Shown in pieces: positions 38,595-49,949 of a stretch of 64,000 nucleotides of DNA. Under the pieces are notes generated by a model. It made no database searches. It saw only the letters and a list, made by a program, of their open reading frames with translations, and was not told where the DNA came from. Origin of the DNA: Synechococcus sp. (GTDB lineage: Bacteria > Cyanobacteriota > Cyanobacteriia > Thermostichales > PCC-7336); the NCBI GenBank assembly GCA_051439605.1, contig JBFRWN010000142.1, positions 1-64,000 on the forward strand, given 5' to 3'. A program made the translations under genes and the position numbers. Numbering within the stretch: position 1 is the first letter of the stretch; every line of letters begins with the position of its first letter.

Positions 38595-41500
38595 TCACTC
38601 CCAATGTCGCAAAGCCGCCGACCAAGACTGAAATGTCTGCATCGTGCTATCTCGCCGAGCCTCGAAGGTAGCAGCAATCCAAATCAGCGTTACACCCAAG
38701 GCAATTCCAATGCTCCATAATGCAACGGACGCATCAGAAATCGCCAACCAAGTCTGACGCAACAGGGCGATCGCAAACACAGCACTCCCCACGTACAAAT
38801 AAGCCCGCACCCGTAACCCCAACCCAGCGATCGCCACCCCCAACCCCAACCCCACCCCCGCCCACACTTGACCGGTGGAAGTCTCCAGCTCGATAGCACA
38901 AGTGAGACAGATTAAAGCCACCAGCAAGCAACGCAACCAATGGCGCGTTTCCCGTTGCTCAGGCGTAGCAATAGCAGGATCCACCTGAGCAGCGTACAAT
39001 CCCGCACCACCCAGCACGAACACCGCCCAAAAGGCATCCAGCCAACCGGCTGTCCCCAACAACTGCAACAGCCCCCAATCTGCAAATAGCAGAGCTATGT
39101 AGCTGAGGCGAATGCGGCGCGATCGCAAAGCCAGCCAAGCGTAATCAGCCGCCACCAATAGCAAACTTTGCCAACCAATCGCCGTAGCTGTAATACCCAC
39201 CACTAACCCCGGCAGCACAATCGCAGACCGATGCCACGGATGCGGCAACCATCCCCACCTCTGCCAGGGCAACAGCCACAGGGGCAGACAACTCGCAGCT
39301 GCGATCGCCCCACCCCATTCGAACAGCAGGGTCGGTTCCGGAAGCATCCACACCAGACTGTAGGCAATGGCGATCGCCCCCCAAACAATGCCGCCATAGG
39401 TCCACCCATCTGCAACGATCTCGCTCTTATTTGCCTCATCGCTCGGCGATCTTTCTCGTCCTCGTGCAACGGCAGAGGTAGCTGCCACCACTGCCGAACC
39501 CACCCAAATCCAGCGTCCCGTATCGCTTGCTGATAGGGACAGAGCTGCTAGCAGCAACAGGGAACCCGTCCCCCAATGAATGCCGCCACCGATAGACAAG
39601 GTGGATCGACTGAACCGCAGGTAGCGACCGATCGCATCGGGCAACAATTGATATATGCAGGCAATTACAATCGCCACACCGGCCAATATTCCGACGCCAT
39701 CCCCCAGTTCTCCTCCACTGACTCGCAGCAGCTGATCCATCACCCATTGATAAGCGGCCAACGAGATGGCAGCCAATCCGGCGATCGTGAGCGGTTTGAG
39801 ATGGGGGAGGCGACGACCCAACCCCACAAATACCACTGCCAGGACCAACGTATAGAGACCGCTGTAGGGACCGAACTGACTTAAGGACAGCAAGAATCCC
39901 CAACTGGCGTAGATTGCGGGTATGACGTGCGAACTAGTGGCGTAGGATTGCCGGGTTCGTTGCACCCACAGATCGCCCCCCATCTGCATCGCCAGAGCCA
40001 ACCCCAGATTGAATATTGCCAGCGGAATCAACTCGGCACTCGCCAGCGAGATCGCGCTAGCCCCCGCTAACTCAACACTCACCGCCAATCCCAAAGCTTC
40101 TAGCCACCCGAACTGTTTGCTAGCGCGAACAGCGATCGCCACCACTATCAATCCAGCTGCTCCCACCTGCACTCCATTGGCAGACAGTTGATTGACATAC
40201 AGCCCCACCGTATAAGACAGCAACAGTAAAAGATTTAGACTGGCCAAGGCAGTTGCCCATCCGTGGGAGGCAACTCCCAGAACTGTCCCTAACTTCCCTC
40301 GAATGTCAATCCTCCCCTGCAGAATCCACAGCAACAGAGCCACCGCAGATAGAGCCAGCATCCATGCAGTCATTTCGGGGGGATTGGGGGGCATCTGCCA
40401 AAAACCAGCAGCGGCAAACGCCAGACCAAAGCCAATCGCCAATGATGCAAACTCAGTTTTGGGTTGACGGAGAGTCAACCCTGCCATCACCGTCATCCCA
40501 ATGGCCAACCCCGTCAATCGAGGCTCCGGCGACCCCAATGTCAACAGTTGCCCCAGCAGCAATCCAGCAATCGTCACCACAATCGGCGAAATTCGAAACA
40601 CCTCCGAAACCCTTTGCGACAGGAGGGCAGCAGTTACGGGTACCGCCAGCCACAGCAGCCCCCATGTGTTACCATCCGAAAGCGCTGCCACGAAGAAGGC
40701 AGAATAGCCTACGAACCCCAGTGCCAATCCCACGTACCAAGCACTGCGTCGCCAAGACACGAACTTGGCAGAGTGGGCAATGGATATGAATTCCGCAATT
40801 GCCAGCCCCACCAAGATCGTCCCCCAGCTTTGAGGTCCAATCTCCGGCAGCATGGCATCAATGCCAGACAGCACCGTTAACAAACCGGCAATATGGGTGA
40901 GATAGATTGCAAACAGTGTTGCAGGCGATTGGCGACGGGTCACCACAGCTAACGTTCCGGCAGACAGTAGCAAGTGGAGCGATCGCACGCCGGGGTTCCA
41001 TAGAGCCAGCAGCGTCAACACCCCGCCAAATCCCAACGTCACCCTATCTAGCCATACAGCCAGCCTGGACTGCTGTTGACCCTTCAACCACTCCGCTCCC
41101 GCTACAGAAACCCAAACCATTGGCAATAACCCCAACCCCACTAAGGCAGTCGGCATTCCAATCGGTCCAAAAAGCTGCACCGATCCTTCCAGCACCCACT
41201 GACGGAAGATGGCGGGTAAGCTTTGCCACACCAACAGCCACCCCTGCACAGTTACCGCAAACAGCAACAGCAAATCTGCGACTTGCCACATCCGCCGCAG
41301 GCGATCGCCCAACAGCCACAGCACCAAGGCACTAATGACTAACGCCTGTAGGGGCACTTCAAGCACTGTTAACCGCCATCCCACCAGCGAAGCTATCCCC
41401 GAGATCGCCAGCCAAAGCTGCGGTTGAGGCCGAGATCGGGCTAGCCACCCCACCTGCCAGCCAAACATACCGATTGCCAACCCCAATTGGGCAATCGCAA

Positions 41501-42419
41501 TCTGCGGATCGAGGACAGCCCTAGCCAACAGCAGCAGCATCCCCACCGTCAGAATGGAGCGACCCAGCACAGAAGCATTGGGATACCGAGCCATCTGAGG
41601 GGATAACGGAGTTCTAGAAAAGGCACGATCGGAAATCCAGAATCCGAGGGAAGCAAACAGCGCTCCCAAATACGTTGCCACCAACGGCCAACCAGAAAGT
41701 CCCCATCCCCAATGCAGACCGCAGAGCATAAGCCCGCACCCCCATACCGGCATCGGCAATCTAGGACGGAGCAACCAGACCTCCAGTGAAATGAGGCTTG
41801 CGGTGGCGATCGCCGTCAGCCCCCACCCCCAACCGCTATTCCAGAGGTTCAGTCCGTCCGCTGCCCAAAAGTTCAACGGAACGAGAAACAACGCAGCCGC
41901 CCGCACCATCCGACTGGTCAAGCGCAACTTTTCGGACCGCCCCGTCCACCAGCCAGCCCCCCAAAATGCCAGAGTATAGCTCCACAAAATGGCGTATTGC
42001 CCAATATTGGAAACCCGCTGCCACTGACTGGCCGCCAACGCCCCTGACGACACCACCACCACAAACACCCCCAGCGCCAGCAGCCAGTTGAGGCTAAATT
42101 CAGCAGCTAACGATGCGCCTAAAGCTTCGAGGGGAGTTGGTTCGGTAGATCTAGAAGCCTGAGGGGGCATTGCAGTCGCTGCACTCAGACGACTGGTTGG
42201 AGCGGATACTCCTTGTGGTACAGGAGACGCCACGAGTGGACAGGTGAAGAATTCGCTACATTGGCGGCGTACCTCAGCATCGGAAATCAGTCCTAACTCC
42301 AGCCACCGCTCCAGTCCAGCAAGAAATAACTGGGGCGATCTGCGGGGATCGATCGCCAGTTTGAGCCAAATGGAAACATCAGACTGCATGAGAGAGCACC
42401 TGGCTGGATGTGTTCCCAA
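38595..42419 (-). CDS. Large polytopic membrane protein (DUF2157-like)
   Basis: 1274 aa with many TM segments; GLERWLELGLIS, LLALGVFVVVVSSG N-terminus; start probably ATG 42389. Confidence 0.75.
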   Translation of the reverse strand: MGTHPARCSLMQSDVSIWLKLAIDPRRSPQLFLAGLERWLELGLISDAEVRRQCSEFFTCPLVASPVPQGVSAPTSRLSAATAMPPQASRSTEPTPLEALGASLAAEFSLNWLLALGVFVVVVSSGALAASQWQRVSNIGQYAILWSYTLAFWGAGWWTGRSEKLRLTSRMVRAAALFLVPLNFWAADGLNLWNSGWGWGLTAIATASLISLEVWLLRPRLPMPVWGCGLMLCGLHWGWGLSGWPLVATYLGALFASLGFWISDRAFSRTPLSPQMARYPNASVLGRSILTVGMLLLLARAVLDPQIAIAQLGLAIGMFGWQVGWLARSRPQPQLWLAISGIASLVGWRLTVLEVPLQALVISALVLWLLGDRLRRMWQVADLLLLFAVTVQGWLLVWQSLPAIFRQWVLEGSVQLFGPIGMPTALVGLGLLPMVWVSVAGAEWLKGQQQSRLAVWLDRVTLGFGGVLTLLALWNPGVRSLHLLLSAGTLAVVTRRQSPATLFAIYLTHIAGLLTVLSGIDAMLPEIGPQSWGTILVGLAIAEFISIAHSAKFVSWRRSAWYVGLALGFVGYSAFFVAALSDGNTWGLLWLAVPVTAALLSQRVSEVFRISPIVVTIAGLLLGQLLTLGSPEPRLTGLAIGMTVMAGLTLRQPKTEFASLAIGFGLAFAAAGFWQMPPNPPEMTAWMLALSAVALLLWILQGRIDIRGKLGTVLGVASHGWATALASLNLLLLLSYTVGLYVNQLSANGVQVGAAGLIVVAIAVRASKQFGWLEALGLAVSVELAGASAISLASAELIPLAIFNLGLALAMQMGGDLWVQRTRQSYATSSHVIPAIYASWGFLLSLSQFGPYSGLYTLVLAVVFVGLGRRLPHLKPLTIAGLAAISLAAYQWVMDQLLRVSGGELGDGVGILAGVAIVIACIYQLLPDAIGRYLRFSRSTLSIGGGIHWGTGSLLLLAALSLSASDTGRWIWVGSAVVAATSAVARGRERSPSDEANKSEIVADGWTYGGIVWGAIAIAYSLVWMLPEPTLLFEWGGAIAAASCLPLWLLPWQRWGWLPHPWHRSAIVLPGLVVGITATAIGWQSLLLVAADYAWLALRSRRIRLSYIALLFADWGLLQLLGTAGWLDAFWAVFVLGGAGLYAAQVDPAIATPEQRETRHWLRCLLVALICLTCAIELETSTGQVWAGVGLGLGVAIAGLGLRVRAYLYVGSAVFAIALLRQTWLAISDASVALWSIGIALGVTLIWIAATFEARRDSTMQTFQSWSAALRHWE

Positions 42420-42728
42420 GTTAAAGGGAACAAAAAGCGGACCCCATTAAAACTGTGTCAATTTCTCAATTGCCCCCTGTGACATCTGCCCGTTAACGAT
42501 ATGCACCAACGAGAGCCTGAAGAAAGCACCTAGGCAGGCTTTCCTCATACAGAGCCGCAGTCCTAATCGCTATGCTAAGAGGAGCCCATCCCACATCCGC
42601 AGTAAATCATCCTTAACCTGCGCCCGAGCGCGAATACTAAGATGTGAGCGATCGCCTCAACTGACGATTGCTCACCATTAAAACAAGGCAATTCTCAATT
42701 TGAATACAGCAGAAATCTAGAGCTGAGC

Positions 42729-42941
42729 CTAGCCTCCTCCGACTAACGCCCCAAGCAAAGAGAACAGAATTCCCAAAGCAAAGATAATCAGAAAGACAAT
42801 CAATTGTGCTTGGGCAAAGCTCTTCTTCGAAGCCTTAGCACCAGACCCAAATGCCCAGACAAACAGCATGATAATGCCAACAATGGGTATCACCATAATC
42901 AGAAAGGTGATAAGCCATTCTCCAACAGAGACTGGTTCCAT
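42729..42941 (-). CDS. Small two-TM membrane protein
   Basis: MEPVSVGEWLITFLIMVIPIVGIIMLFVWAFG...KKSFAQAQL. Confidence 0.7.
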   Translation of the reverse strand: MEPVSVGEWLITFLIMVIPIVGIIMLFVWAFGSGAKASKKSFAQAQLIVFLIIFALGILFSLLGALVGGG

Positions 42942-43173
42942 CTGTTCACCCCAAAATAAAAAACTTCGTCTGCGAACGGAATCGTTCACGAGCAATTTAA
43001 TCAGAGTTATTTACTCGATGCACGTATTGTTATTGAATGAAAAGTGAACCGGGCAATCGCAACCCCATGCAAGAATCCAGCCTCCTTCAAGTACGTGAAT
43101 CAGCGATCAGCATGGCATTGATAATATTGGACGATCCGATCTGTGTCTCCACATATCCCAAATCAATTCGTAA

Positions 43174-45738
43174 CTAAATTCCCGGTTCTTTCTGGAATGC
43201 CTGATGCAATGGCATCATTTCAGCGGGGGTAGAAAAGGGGACAAGAGGCGTACTGGCCAAAAAACTTTCAGCATCTTGGACACCAAGGGGTTTGGAAATG
43301 AAGTAGCCCTGAAGGTAACTACATCCCAAAGTGACGAGCTTAGCCACCTGGTCAGAATCCTCGACTCCCTCGGAGATTGTATAGATGCCCATGCTCTTGG
43401 CCAAGGTGAGGATCGTTTTCACAATCTTCCAATTATTACCGTCAGAACGAGTAGCGCTGATAAAGGAGCGATCGATTTTGATGGCATTGATGGGCAATTG
43501 ATTTAAGTAGCTGAAGGAGGAGTAGCCGATGCCAAAATCGTCGATATAAATTTGGATTCCTAACTGCTTGAGTGCTGAGAGTTGTGCGAAAGCCAGCTCG
43601 AAATCTTGCATCAAAATGGTTTCGGTAATTTCTAACTTCAATTGCTCTGGAGCAAAGCCGGTGTTGCCAAGAATACGCTCGACCCGCTCCACAAGGTCGG
43701 ACTGAGCAATTTGCTTGCCCGATAGATTGACGCTTAAACAAGGAGGGGCGGATAGTTGAAACTTCTCCTGCCAAGTCACCATCTGCTGGCACCCCTCATG
43801 TAACACCCACAATCCAATCGAGCGAATTGCTCCGCTTTCTTCTGCAATGGGAATGAATTCTGCAGGTAGGACCGTCCCCCGATCGGGGTGTTGCCATCGC
43901 AACAGGGCTTCAAACCCTACAAGCGCCTTCGTGTCGCTGGCAACTATGGGTTGATAGTTCAAGGAAAATTCCCGCAGTTCGAGCGCTCGCTTCAGATCCT
44001 GTTCGAGTTGTACATGCAGGAGGGCTCTATACCCCATCTCAGCGTTGAAGACGCTATATTGACCTTTCCCGGCCGCTTTCGCACAGTGCATCGCAATATC
44101 GGCATCGCGGAGGATATCCCCCGCCGCCTCATGATCTGTAGTACTCAGCACAACCCCAATACTGGCTGTAATAGCCACCCGGTGACCGTGCAAATAAAAC
44201 GGGGAAGATAATTGTTGAAGGATGCAATCGCACATCCCAGTAGCCTGGTCGAGGCTCTCGATGTTCTCTATCACAACCGAGAACTCGTCCCCCCCAAAAC
44301 GGGCCAAGAAATCGGTTTCGCGAATACATGTTTGTAAACGACGGGCAATGTTCTCTAGTAATAGATCTCCAATGTCGTGCCCTAAACTATCGTTGATGAC
44401 CTTGAAGCGGTCAAAGTCTATAAACAACAGCGCAAAGGGGGCTCTATTGCCACGCTTAAACCGTTGAAAGGATTCCTGCAAGCATAGATTCAACCCACTG
44501 CGATTGAGCAAACCGGTAAGAGAGTCGTGCAACGCCTCGTATCTTAGTTGCCCTTCCATCCGCTTGCGCTCGGTGATGTCTTGCACGATCGCCGTAAAAA
44601 AGGTCACTCCTTCCACATCCATACAGCTGATGGACAAATCTGCATCGAAAAACTGCCCATCGTGGCGCAGGGCACGAATCTCTTTCCATTGACCCACTAG
44701 GTCTTTCGGTGTTCCCGAGACATCCCCCTCGAGCTCGGCGCACAACCGTTCGCGCCATGGTCCGGCGATCGCCAACTCCGCAAGGCTTTTTCCAAGAACT
44801 TCCTCACGTTGGTATAAAAACAACTGCTCAGCAGCATCGTTAAATGCCACAATCCTGCCATCGGCATCCAGAGTGGTAATGGGAGTGGGCAGGTGCTTGA
44901 ACAGTACTCCACTTCGCAGCAAATTGAGGTGTAGCTGCCCCGTCATCTGGTTCAATACAGGATTCGAGTTTTCCAGCTCCGCGCCACTGGTGTTCTCCAA
45001 CCGCCGAGTCAGATCTCCGTCCCCCTTGTCTTGGGTTACTAGCATCCTGTTTTGCAAAGAAAAAGCCAGGCGTTTGCAAATGAGTAAGGCTAGGATCGTT
45101 CCTGTAACAATGGACGCGATAGCCACTTGAAGCCCTTGCTGCCAAGATTTATAAATCTGCTCTTGCAAATCTGCCGTCGATAGTTCGAGGCTCATGGCAC
45201 CCAATACCTCTTTGTTGACGGCGATGACTCTGCCGACGATTAATTGTTCGCGTTCCCACTGATAAGTAATCTCGCCATTTTCCAGCAGCTTTTGAGCCAA
45301 AGGATCGGGCTCTGGTACAGCCAAATTAACGGGTTCACCAGCATCCCCAATCACCCGCCCTTGCTTGTCAAAAATGCGTCCCCCCAGTACAAGTGAAGAC
45401 TCGCGATCGATCGCCTGAATCAGTTTGTTCAAAAAATCCCTATCTCCAGAAGACAAGGCATCTGCAACAGAAACGTCCAATGTTTCAAGCAAAATTTCTG
45501 CTTGATATTGAAGACTTTGCTGGAAGGATTGCTTGTGGCGATTGACTGACAGCCACGTCACTCCAGCGATTGAGAGTGCCACCAATCCAGTCATTGTCGC
45601 TGCCAGCTTGACTGCCAACGAAAGTCGGTCAAGGTTCCATACAGATCTACGATTTAGCGTTATAGGGTTCAATTGAAGTCCATGAATGACTTTAGGCAGA
45701 AACCTGGTTGAGCCAGCAAACACTGTAGCTATTGCCAT
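43174..45738 (-). CDS. Membrane-bound PAS-GGDEF-EAL diguanylate cyclase/phosphodiesterase
   Basis: Two TM segments, PAS (FNDAAEQLF...DITERK), HDSLTGLLNR, RFGGDEF, FEALLRW, IDDFGIGYSS, KIDRSF. Confidence 0.93.
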   Translation of the reverse strand: MAIATVFAGSTRFLPKVIHGLQLNPITLNRRSVWNLDRLSLAVKLAATMTGLVALSIAGVTWLSVNRHKQSFQQSLQYQAEILLETLDVSVADALSSGDRDFLNKLIQAIDRESSLVLGGRIFDKQGRVIGDAGEPVNLAVPEPDPLAQKLLENGEITYQWEREQLIVGRVIAVNKEVLGAMSLELSTADLQEQIYKSWQQGLQVAIASIVTGTILALLICKRLAFSLQNRMLVTQDKGDGDLTRRLENTSGAELENSNPVLNQMTGQLHLNLLRSGVLFKHLPTPITTLDADGRIVAFNDAAEQLFLYQREEVLGKSLAELAIAGPWRERLCAELEGDVSGTPKDLVGQWKEIRALRHDGQFFDADLSISCMDVEGVTFFTAIVQDITERKRMEGQLRYEALHDSLTGLLNRSGLNLCLQESFQRFKRGNRAPFALLFIDFDRFKVINDSLGHDIGDLLLENIARRLQTCIRETDFLARFGGDEFSVVIENIESLDQATGMCDCILQQLSSPFYLHGHRVAITASIGVVLSTTDHEAAGDILRDADIAMHCAKAAGKGQYSVFNAEMGYRALLHVQLEQDLKRALELREFSLNYQPIVASDTKALVGFEALLRWQHPDRGTVLPAEFIPIAEESGAIRSIGLWVLHEGCQQMVTWQEKFQLSAPPCLSVNLSGKQIAQSDLVERVERILGNTGFAPEQLKLEITETILMQDFELAFAQLSALKQLGIQIYIDDFGIGYSSFSYLNQLPINAIKIDRSFISATRSDGNNWKIVKTILTLAKSMGIYTISEGVEDSDQVAKLVTLGCSYLQGYFISKPLGVQDAESFLASTPLVPFSTPAEMMPLHQAFQKEPGI

Positions 45739-46343
45739 CTATAGCGGTTTCTGAATGCATGAAGTACACCTGATCCCTGGCTAGACAAAAGTTGCAGATG
45801 TGGAGCTGTACTTCACTCTAATGAAAACCGCTATATGCACGGGCAGAAAGAGCTTTACTCAGCCAGAGTTCTCAATAGCTGACATGTCTTGAGAGACCTT
45901 TCGGTCGCTGCAGCTGACGATTCAATCGAACCAGACAAACGTGAATTTTTTGTAAATCCTAGAAGAGTGTCAGGATCGTCTTGGCCGTATCTTTACATTT
46001 CACTCCATTTCGTGGCTGCATACATTACTCGTGCGAGGCTATTACGATCGAGCAGTGAATAGCTGAAGGGATTATCCTTAACTTTCAAATCTGCTCTGGA
46101 TATCGGGATATCTCAGCAAGCCAGAGCCCTTACCGGAGGCAGATCTCGCTTTCCCGTATACCAAGATCCAGCAATCTATTTAGCAATCCATGCACTATCG
46201 TACTTTCAGGTTGAAAGGAACTGACTCAAGTCATGAGCAAATGTACTTGGTCACAATCTAGTTCTTTAGAAGGTTCATGCCCAGTTAGAGGGCTGAATGG
46301 CTGAGATGCTCGCAGTGACTTGACGGATGAACTATGTGCAGGG

Positions 46344-46838
46344 CTAATAGAGGTCTTTTTTCATCTCTACTATAGGAATCTCAATGTCCTCAAACTGGCC
46401 GTAGAAAGTTGTGGAAGCCTTGATGCGTTCGTACCCACAGGAGCGGTAGAAACCTTCTGCATTCAATGAGGCGGAGACCCTTAAATATCTGGCTAATCGA
46501 GCCTTTGCCCGATTTTCGAGTTCCCCGATTAGCTTGCGGCCAATCCCTCTGCGGGTGAAGAACGGACTAACGTATATTGCTTGAATAGACGTTCCATAGA
46601 GGGAGGCATAGCCCACAATTTGGCGATCGCATTCTGCCACCAGAGTTAAGTTGGATGAATATCGGCGAGGGTTATTCGTTCTCAGCAAAACTTGTAATTG
46701 TTGGGGGTTATAGCACCTCGAACATTGGGCGATTGTGGCTTCTTCAAACACAGTCGCCACTTGATCTTTCTCTCTCCATCGGCGGCGACGAACGATCACC
46801 GTATCGAGAAGTTCTGTCGAATCGAAGCGATCGAGCAC
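46344..46838 (-). CDS. GNAT family acetyltransferase
   Basis: IYVSP..RRGIGRKL, ASLNAEGFYRSCGY. Confidence 0.8.
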   Translation of the reverse strand: MLDRFDSTELLDTVIVRRRRWREKDQVATVFEEATIAQCSRCYNPQQLQVLLRTNNPRRYSSNLTLVAECDRQIVGYASLYGTSIQAIYVSPFFTRRGIGRKLIGELENRAKARLARYLRVSASLNAEGFYRSCGYERIKASTTFYGQFEDIEIPIVEMKKDLY

Positions 46839-47036
46839 TGTTGAAATAGCATACGAGCAATAGGCTCATATTACATCGACATGTTGTCTCGCTAGGGGGA
46901 AATCATCTCCAAAAAAAGACTGTCCTGGTTTTTGCGTATGAAAATAAAGAATAAGAAACCTAACGATATTTTTTGATGTTACTGAGGAACTCTTTGTGGG
47001 GGATTTGATTTTCAGTTTCATTCAAACACCCAAGTT

Positions 47037-47645
47037 TCAGATGAGTGAGCTGCTTCTTCTCTGCATCAGGCGCATTCGCTCTCTCCCGAGACGCTTGGGA
47101 TAAGCATGCTGAGGTTGCCAGTCCTCCATCGTGTAGAAAAAAGGGCCAAAACATTCGTCCAGCTGCTTGGGGGAAACGCGATGGGGTGGACCAGAATTGT
47201 CATGGGCCGGATCGATGTAGAAAACTGCCAGTAAATGACCACCTGGCTTCAGTGCTTTGACCACTGAATCGACGTATTGGGGCCTTAGGACAACATCGAT
47301 CGCGCAAAAGCAGGTGTGTTCGAAGATGTAGTCAAATTGCCCTATATACCAGTCTGGCAGTTCAAAGAAGTCCAGGACCTCGTACTGCTCCTCATTCACT
47401 ACCGGAAACTGTCGGGCGGCGGCGATCGCGCTTGGGGCTAGATCGATTCCGGTGACTTTTCCCCCCTTTCTCGCAATAGCCCGGACATCGTGGCCCATGC
47501 CGCAGCCGGGAACTAACACGCTGCCCTGTAAGGGCTGCGTCTGTAAATAATCCACCAGCCCTGGAGACGCCTCCCCTTTATCCCAAGGGGTATCGCCATC
47601 TCGATATCGCTGTTCCCAGTCCATCGGTAGCCTTCCTTCTCGCAT
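47037..47645 (-). CDS. Thiopurine S-methyltransferase family SAM-dependent methyltransferase
   Basis: WEQRY...TPWD, LVPGCGMGHD, EHTCFCAI, GPP. Confidence 0.88.
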   Translation of the reverse strand: MREGRLPMDWEQRYRDGDTPWDKGEASPGLVDYLQTQPLQGSVLVPGCGMGHDVRAIARKGGKVTGIDLAPSAIAAARQFPVVNEEQYEVLDFFELPDWYIGQFDYIFEHTCFCAIDVVLRPQYVDSVVKALKPGGHLLAVFYIDPAHDNSGPPHRVSPKQLDECFGPFFYTMEDWQPQHAYPKRLGRERMRLMQRRSSSLI

Positions 47646-47655
47646 CCTTAATGAA

Positions 47656-47856
47656 CTAGTTGGGGGGATACCCGGCGGCAGTCAACACCTGGCGAAGATC
47701 GGTTTCGGGGCGATCGCTAGTGACTTTCACCACTTTGGTCTTGGGGTCTGCTTCAATTGCAGCACTGCTGTCCAACTCTTGTACCGCTTTGGTGACGTTG
47801 TTGACACATACCTGACAAGCCAGCTTAGGCACTGTAAATTCCACTGTTGCAGCCAT
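47656..47856 (-). CDS. HMA-domain copper chaperone (CopZ/Atx1-like)
   Basis: LACQVC metal-binding motif; C-terminal AAGY. Confidence 0.85.
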   Translation of the reverse strand: MAATVEFTVPKLACQVCVNNVTKAVQELDSSAAIEADPKTKVVKVTSDRPETDLRQVLTAAGYPPN

Positions 47857-47936
47857 GGCCGATACCCCAAAACTCCGTCCGCCATCATATCGTTCATCTT
47901 TAGTGGTCGTGTAGAAATGTTGGTTATTGGGAAGAG

Positions 47937-49865
47937 ATGACCGGTTTATCCAGTCCCGTTACCCATCGAAGAATCGTTCTAGGCCATTTGGATCGGCCAA
48001 CTGCTTTTCGAGGGTTAACAATGGATCAGCCTCGCGATTCAGTCCCTTTTCGTCCTGTGAGTACCCGCTCTATGCCTGCTTCCTCACTTGCTCAACAGCC
48101 CCCGTTAAAGAGGCTAATTCGCTATTCCAACCACTATCGCCTGCAGATTTGGGCTGCGGCCATTTGTTCGGTGCTAAATAAGCTGTTCGACTTGGCTCCT
48201 CCCGCTCTGATTGGGATAGCAGTCAATGTGGTGGTGGAAAAAGACCGATCGTTTCTAGCTCAGCTGGGAATAGAGTCCATTTTCAATCAGTTGTTGGCGC
48301 TGTCGGTTCTAACTCTGATCGTGTGGGGGTTGGAATCTGCCTTTGAATACGCCTACGCCCGACTGTGGAGGAATTTAGCTCAACAAATTCAGAACGATTT
48401 GCGATTGGAGGCTTACGCTCATCTGCAAGAGCTGGAGATGGCCTATTTCGAACAGCGCAGTACGGGAGAGTTGATGTCCGTGCTGAACGATGATGTCAAC
48501 CAGCTAGAGCGGTTTTTGGACGGTGGTGCTAACGACCTGATTCAGGTGACGACAACGGTCATCATCGTGGGAACTACGTTTTTTGTACTGACCCCATCGG
48601 TGGCCTGGATGGCGATGCTGCCGATGCCCTTCATTTTATGGGGGTCGCTGATGTTTCAGCGCAAGCTTGCTCCTCTGTATGGCGACGTGCGCGAAAAAGT
48701 GGGGCTATTGGCCACCCGGTTGGCCAATAACTTGGGGGGAATTGCCACAATAAAAAGCTTTACGGCAGAAGCCTTCGAAATCGATCGCCTGCGAACAGAA
48801 AGCGAAGCCTACCGCCTCAGCAACCGTCGGGCGATCGCCGTCAGTGCGGCTTTTGTACCCCTAATCCGCATCGTGATCCTGATTGGCTTCACCGCCACCT
48901 TGTTGATGGGGGGCATGCAGGCGGCGAGTGGAGCGTTGGATGTGGGGATTTACAGCACGCTGGTGTTTTTGACCCAACGCCTGTTGTGGCCTCTGACCCG
49001 ACTGGGAGCAACACTGGATGGATATCGGCGGGCGATGGCGTCCACCACACGCATCCTGAACCTACTCGATACCCCGATCGCCATTCGGGCAGGCGAGAAG
49101 GCTTTGCCCTCCGCAGCAGTTCGAGGGGACCTGCAGTTCCACGACGTCACCTTTGCGTATCCGGGGCGATCGCCCGTGGTGCAGCATCTGTCTTTACACG
49201 TGCCTGCCGGACAGACCATTGCTGTAGTCGGTCCCACTGGCTCTGGGAAAAGCACGCTGGTGAAGCTGCTGTTGAGGTTCTACGAAATCGATCGCGGGCA
49301 TATCGCGCTGGATGGTCAAGAACTCAAGGACCTAAAGCTGAAGGATTTACGGCGTGCCATTGGCTTGGTCAGTCAAGATGTGTTTTTATTTCAAGGGTCG
49401 GTGGCTGACAACATTCGCTACGGCAGTTTTGAGGCCACAGATGCTGAGGTAATACAGGCGGCAAAACAGGCAGAGGCCCACGACTTTATTAAGATGTTGC
49501 CGCAGGGGTACGACACCATTGTTGGAGAACGGGGGCAAAGACTGTCTGGCGGGCAGCGGCAGCGGTTGGCGATCGCCCGTGCCATCCTTAAAGATCCGCC
49601 TATTTTGATTTTGGATGAAGCCACATCGGCGGTGGATAACGAAACGGAAGCGGCGATTCAGCGATCCTTAGACACCATTTCCAAAGGACGGACGGTGATT
49701 GCGATCGCCCACCGGCTGTCCACTATTCGCAATGCCGATCGAATCTACGTGATGGAAAATGGAAGATTGACAGAAGAAGGACGACACGAGGAATTAGTTG
49801 CCCAAAAAGGGTTATATTCCACCCTGTGGAGCGTTCAAATGGGGAATTCCATACCAACTCGTTAA
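47937..49865 (+). CDS. ABC transporter, fused permease/ATP-binding
   Basis: TMD plus [30 protein letters not shown]; the true start may lie downstream. Confidence 0.92.
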   Translation: MTGLSSPVTHRRIVLGHLDRPTAFRGLTMDQPRDSVPFRPVSTRSMPASSLAQQPPLKRLIRYSNHYRLQIWAAAICSVLNKLFDLAPPALIGIAVNVVVEKDRSFLAQLGIESIFNQLLALSVLTLIVWGLESAFEYAYARLWRNLAQQIQNDLRLEAYAHLQELEMAYFEQRSTGELMSVLNDDVNQLERFLDGGANDLIQVTTTVIIVGTTFFVLTPSVAWMAMLPMPFILWGSLMFQRKLAPLYGDVREKVGLLATRLANNLGGIATIKSFTAEAFEIDRLRTESEAYRLSNRRAIAVSAAFVPLIRIVILIGFTATLLMGGMQAASGALDVGIYSTLVFLTQRLLWPLTRLGATLDGYRRAMASTTRILNLLDTPIAIRAGEKALPSAAVRGDLQFHDVTFAYPGRSPVVQHLSLHVPAGQTIAVVGPTGSGKSTLVKLLLRFYEIDRGHIALDGQELKDLKLKDLRRAIGLVSQDVFLFQGSVADNIRYGSFEATDAEVIQAAKQAEAHDFIKMLPQGYDTIVGERGQRLSGGQRQRLAIARAILKDPPILILDEATSAVDNETEAAIQRSLDTISKGRTVIAIAHRLSTIRNADRIYVMENGRLTEEGRHEELVAQKGLYSTLWSVQMGNSIPTR

Positions 49866-49893
49866 TTTTTTCTTGTTGAACCAGAAAGACCGC

Positions 49894-49916
49894 ACCCGCC
49901 CCGTCTCGGGGCGGGT
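49894..49916. terminator. Bidirectional hairpin between the convergent ABC and glgB genes
   Basis: ACCCGCCCCG-TCT-CGGGGCGGGT. Confidence 0.75.
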
Positions 49917-49949
49917 ATTGAGTGACTTCGGACTCCTGACCAAACCGAG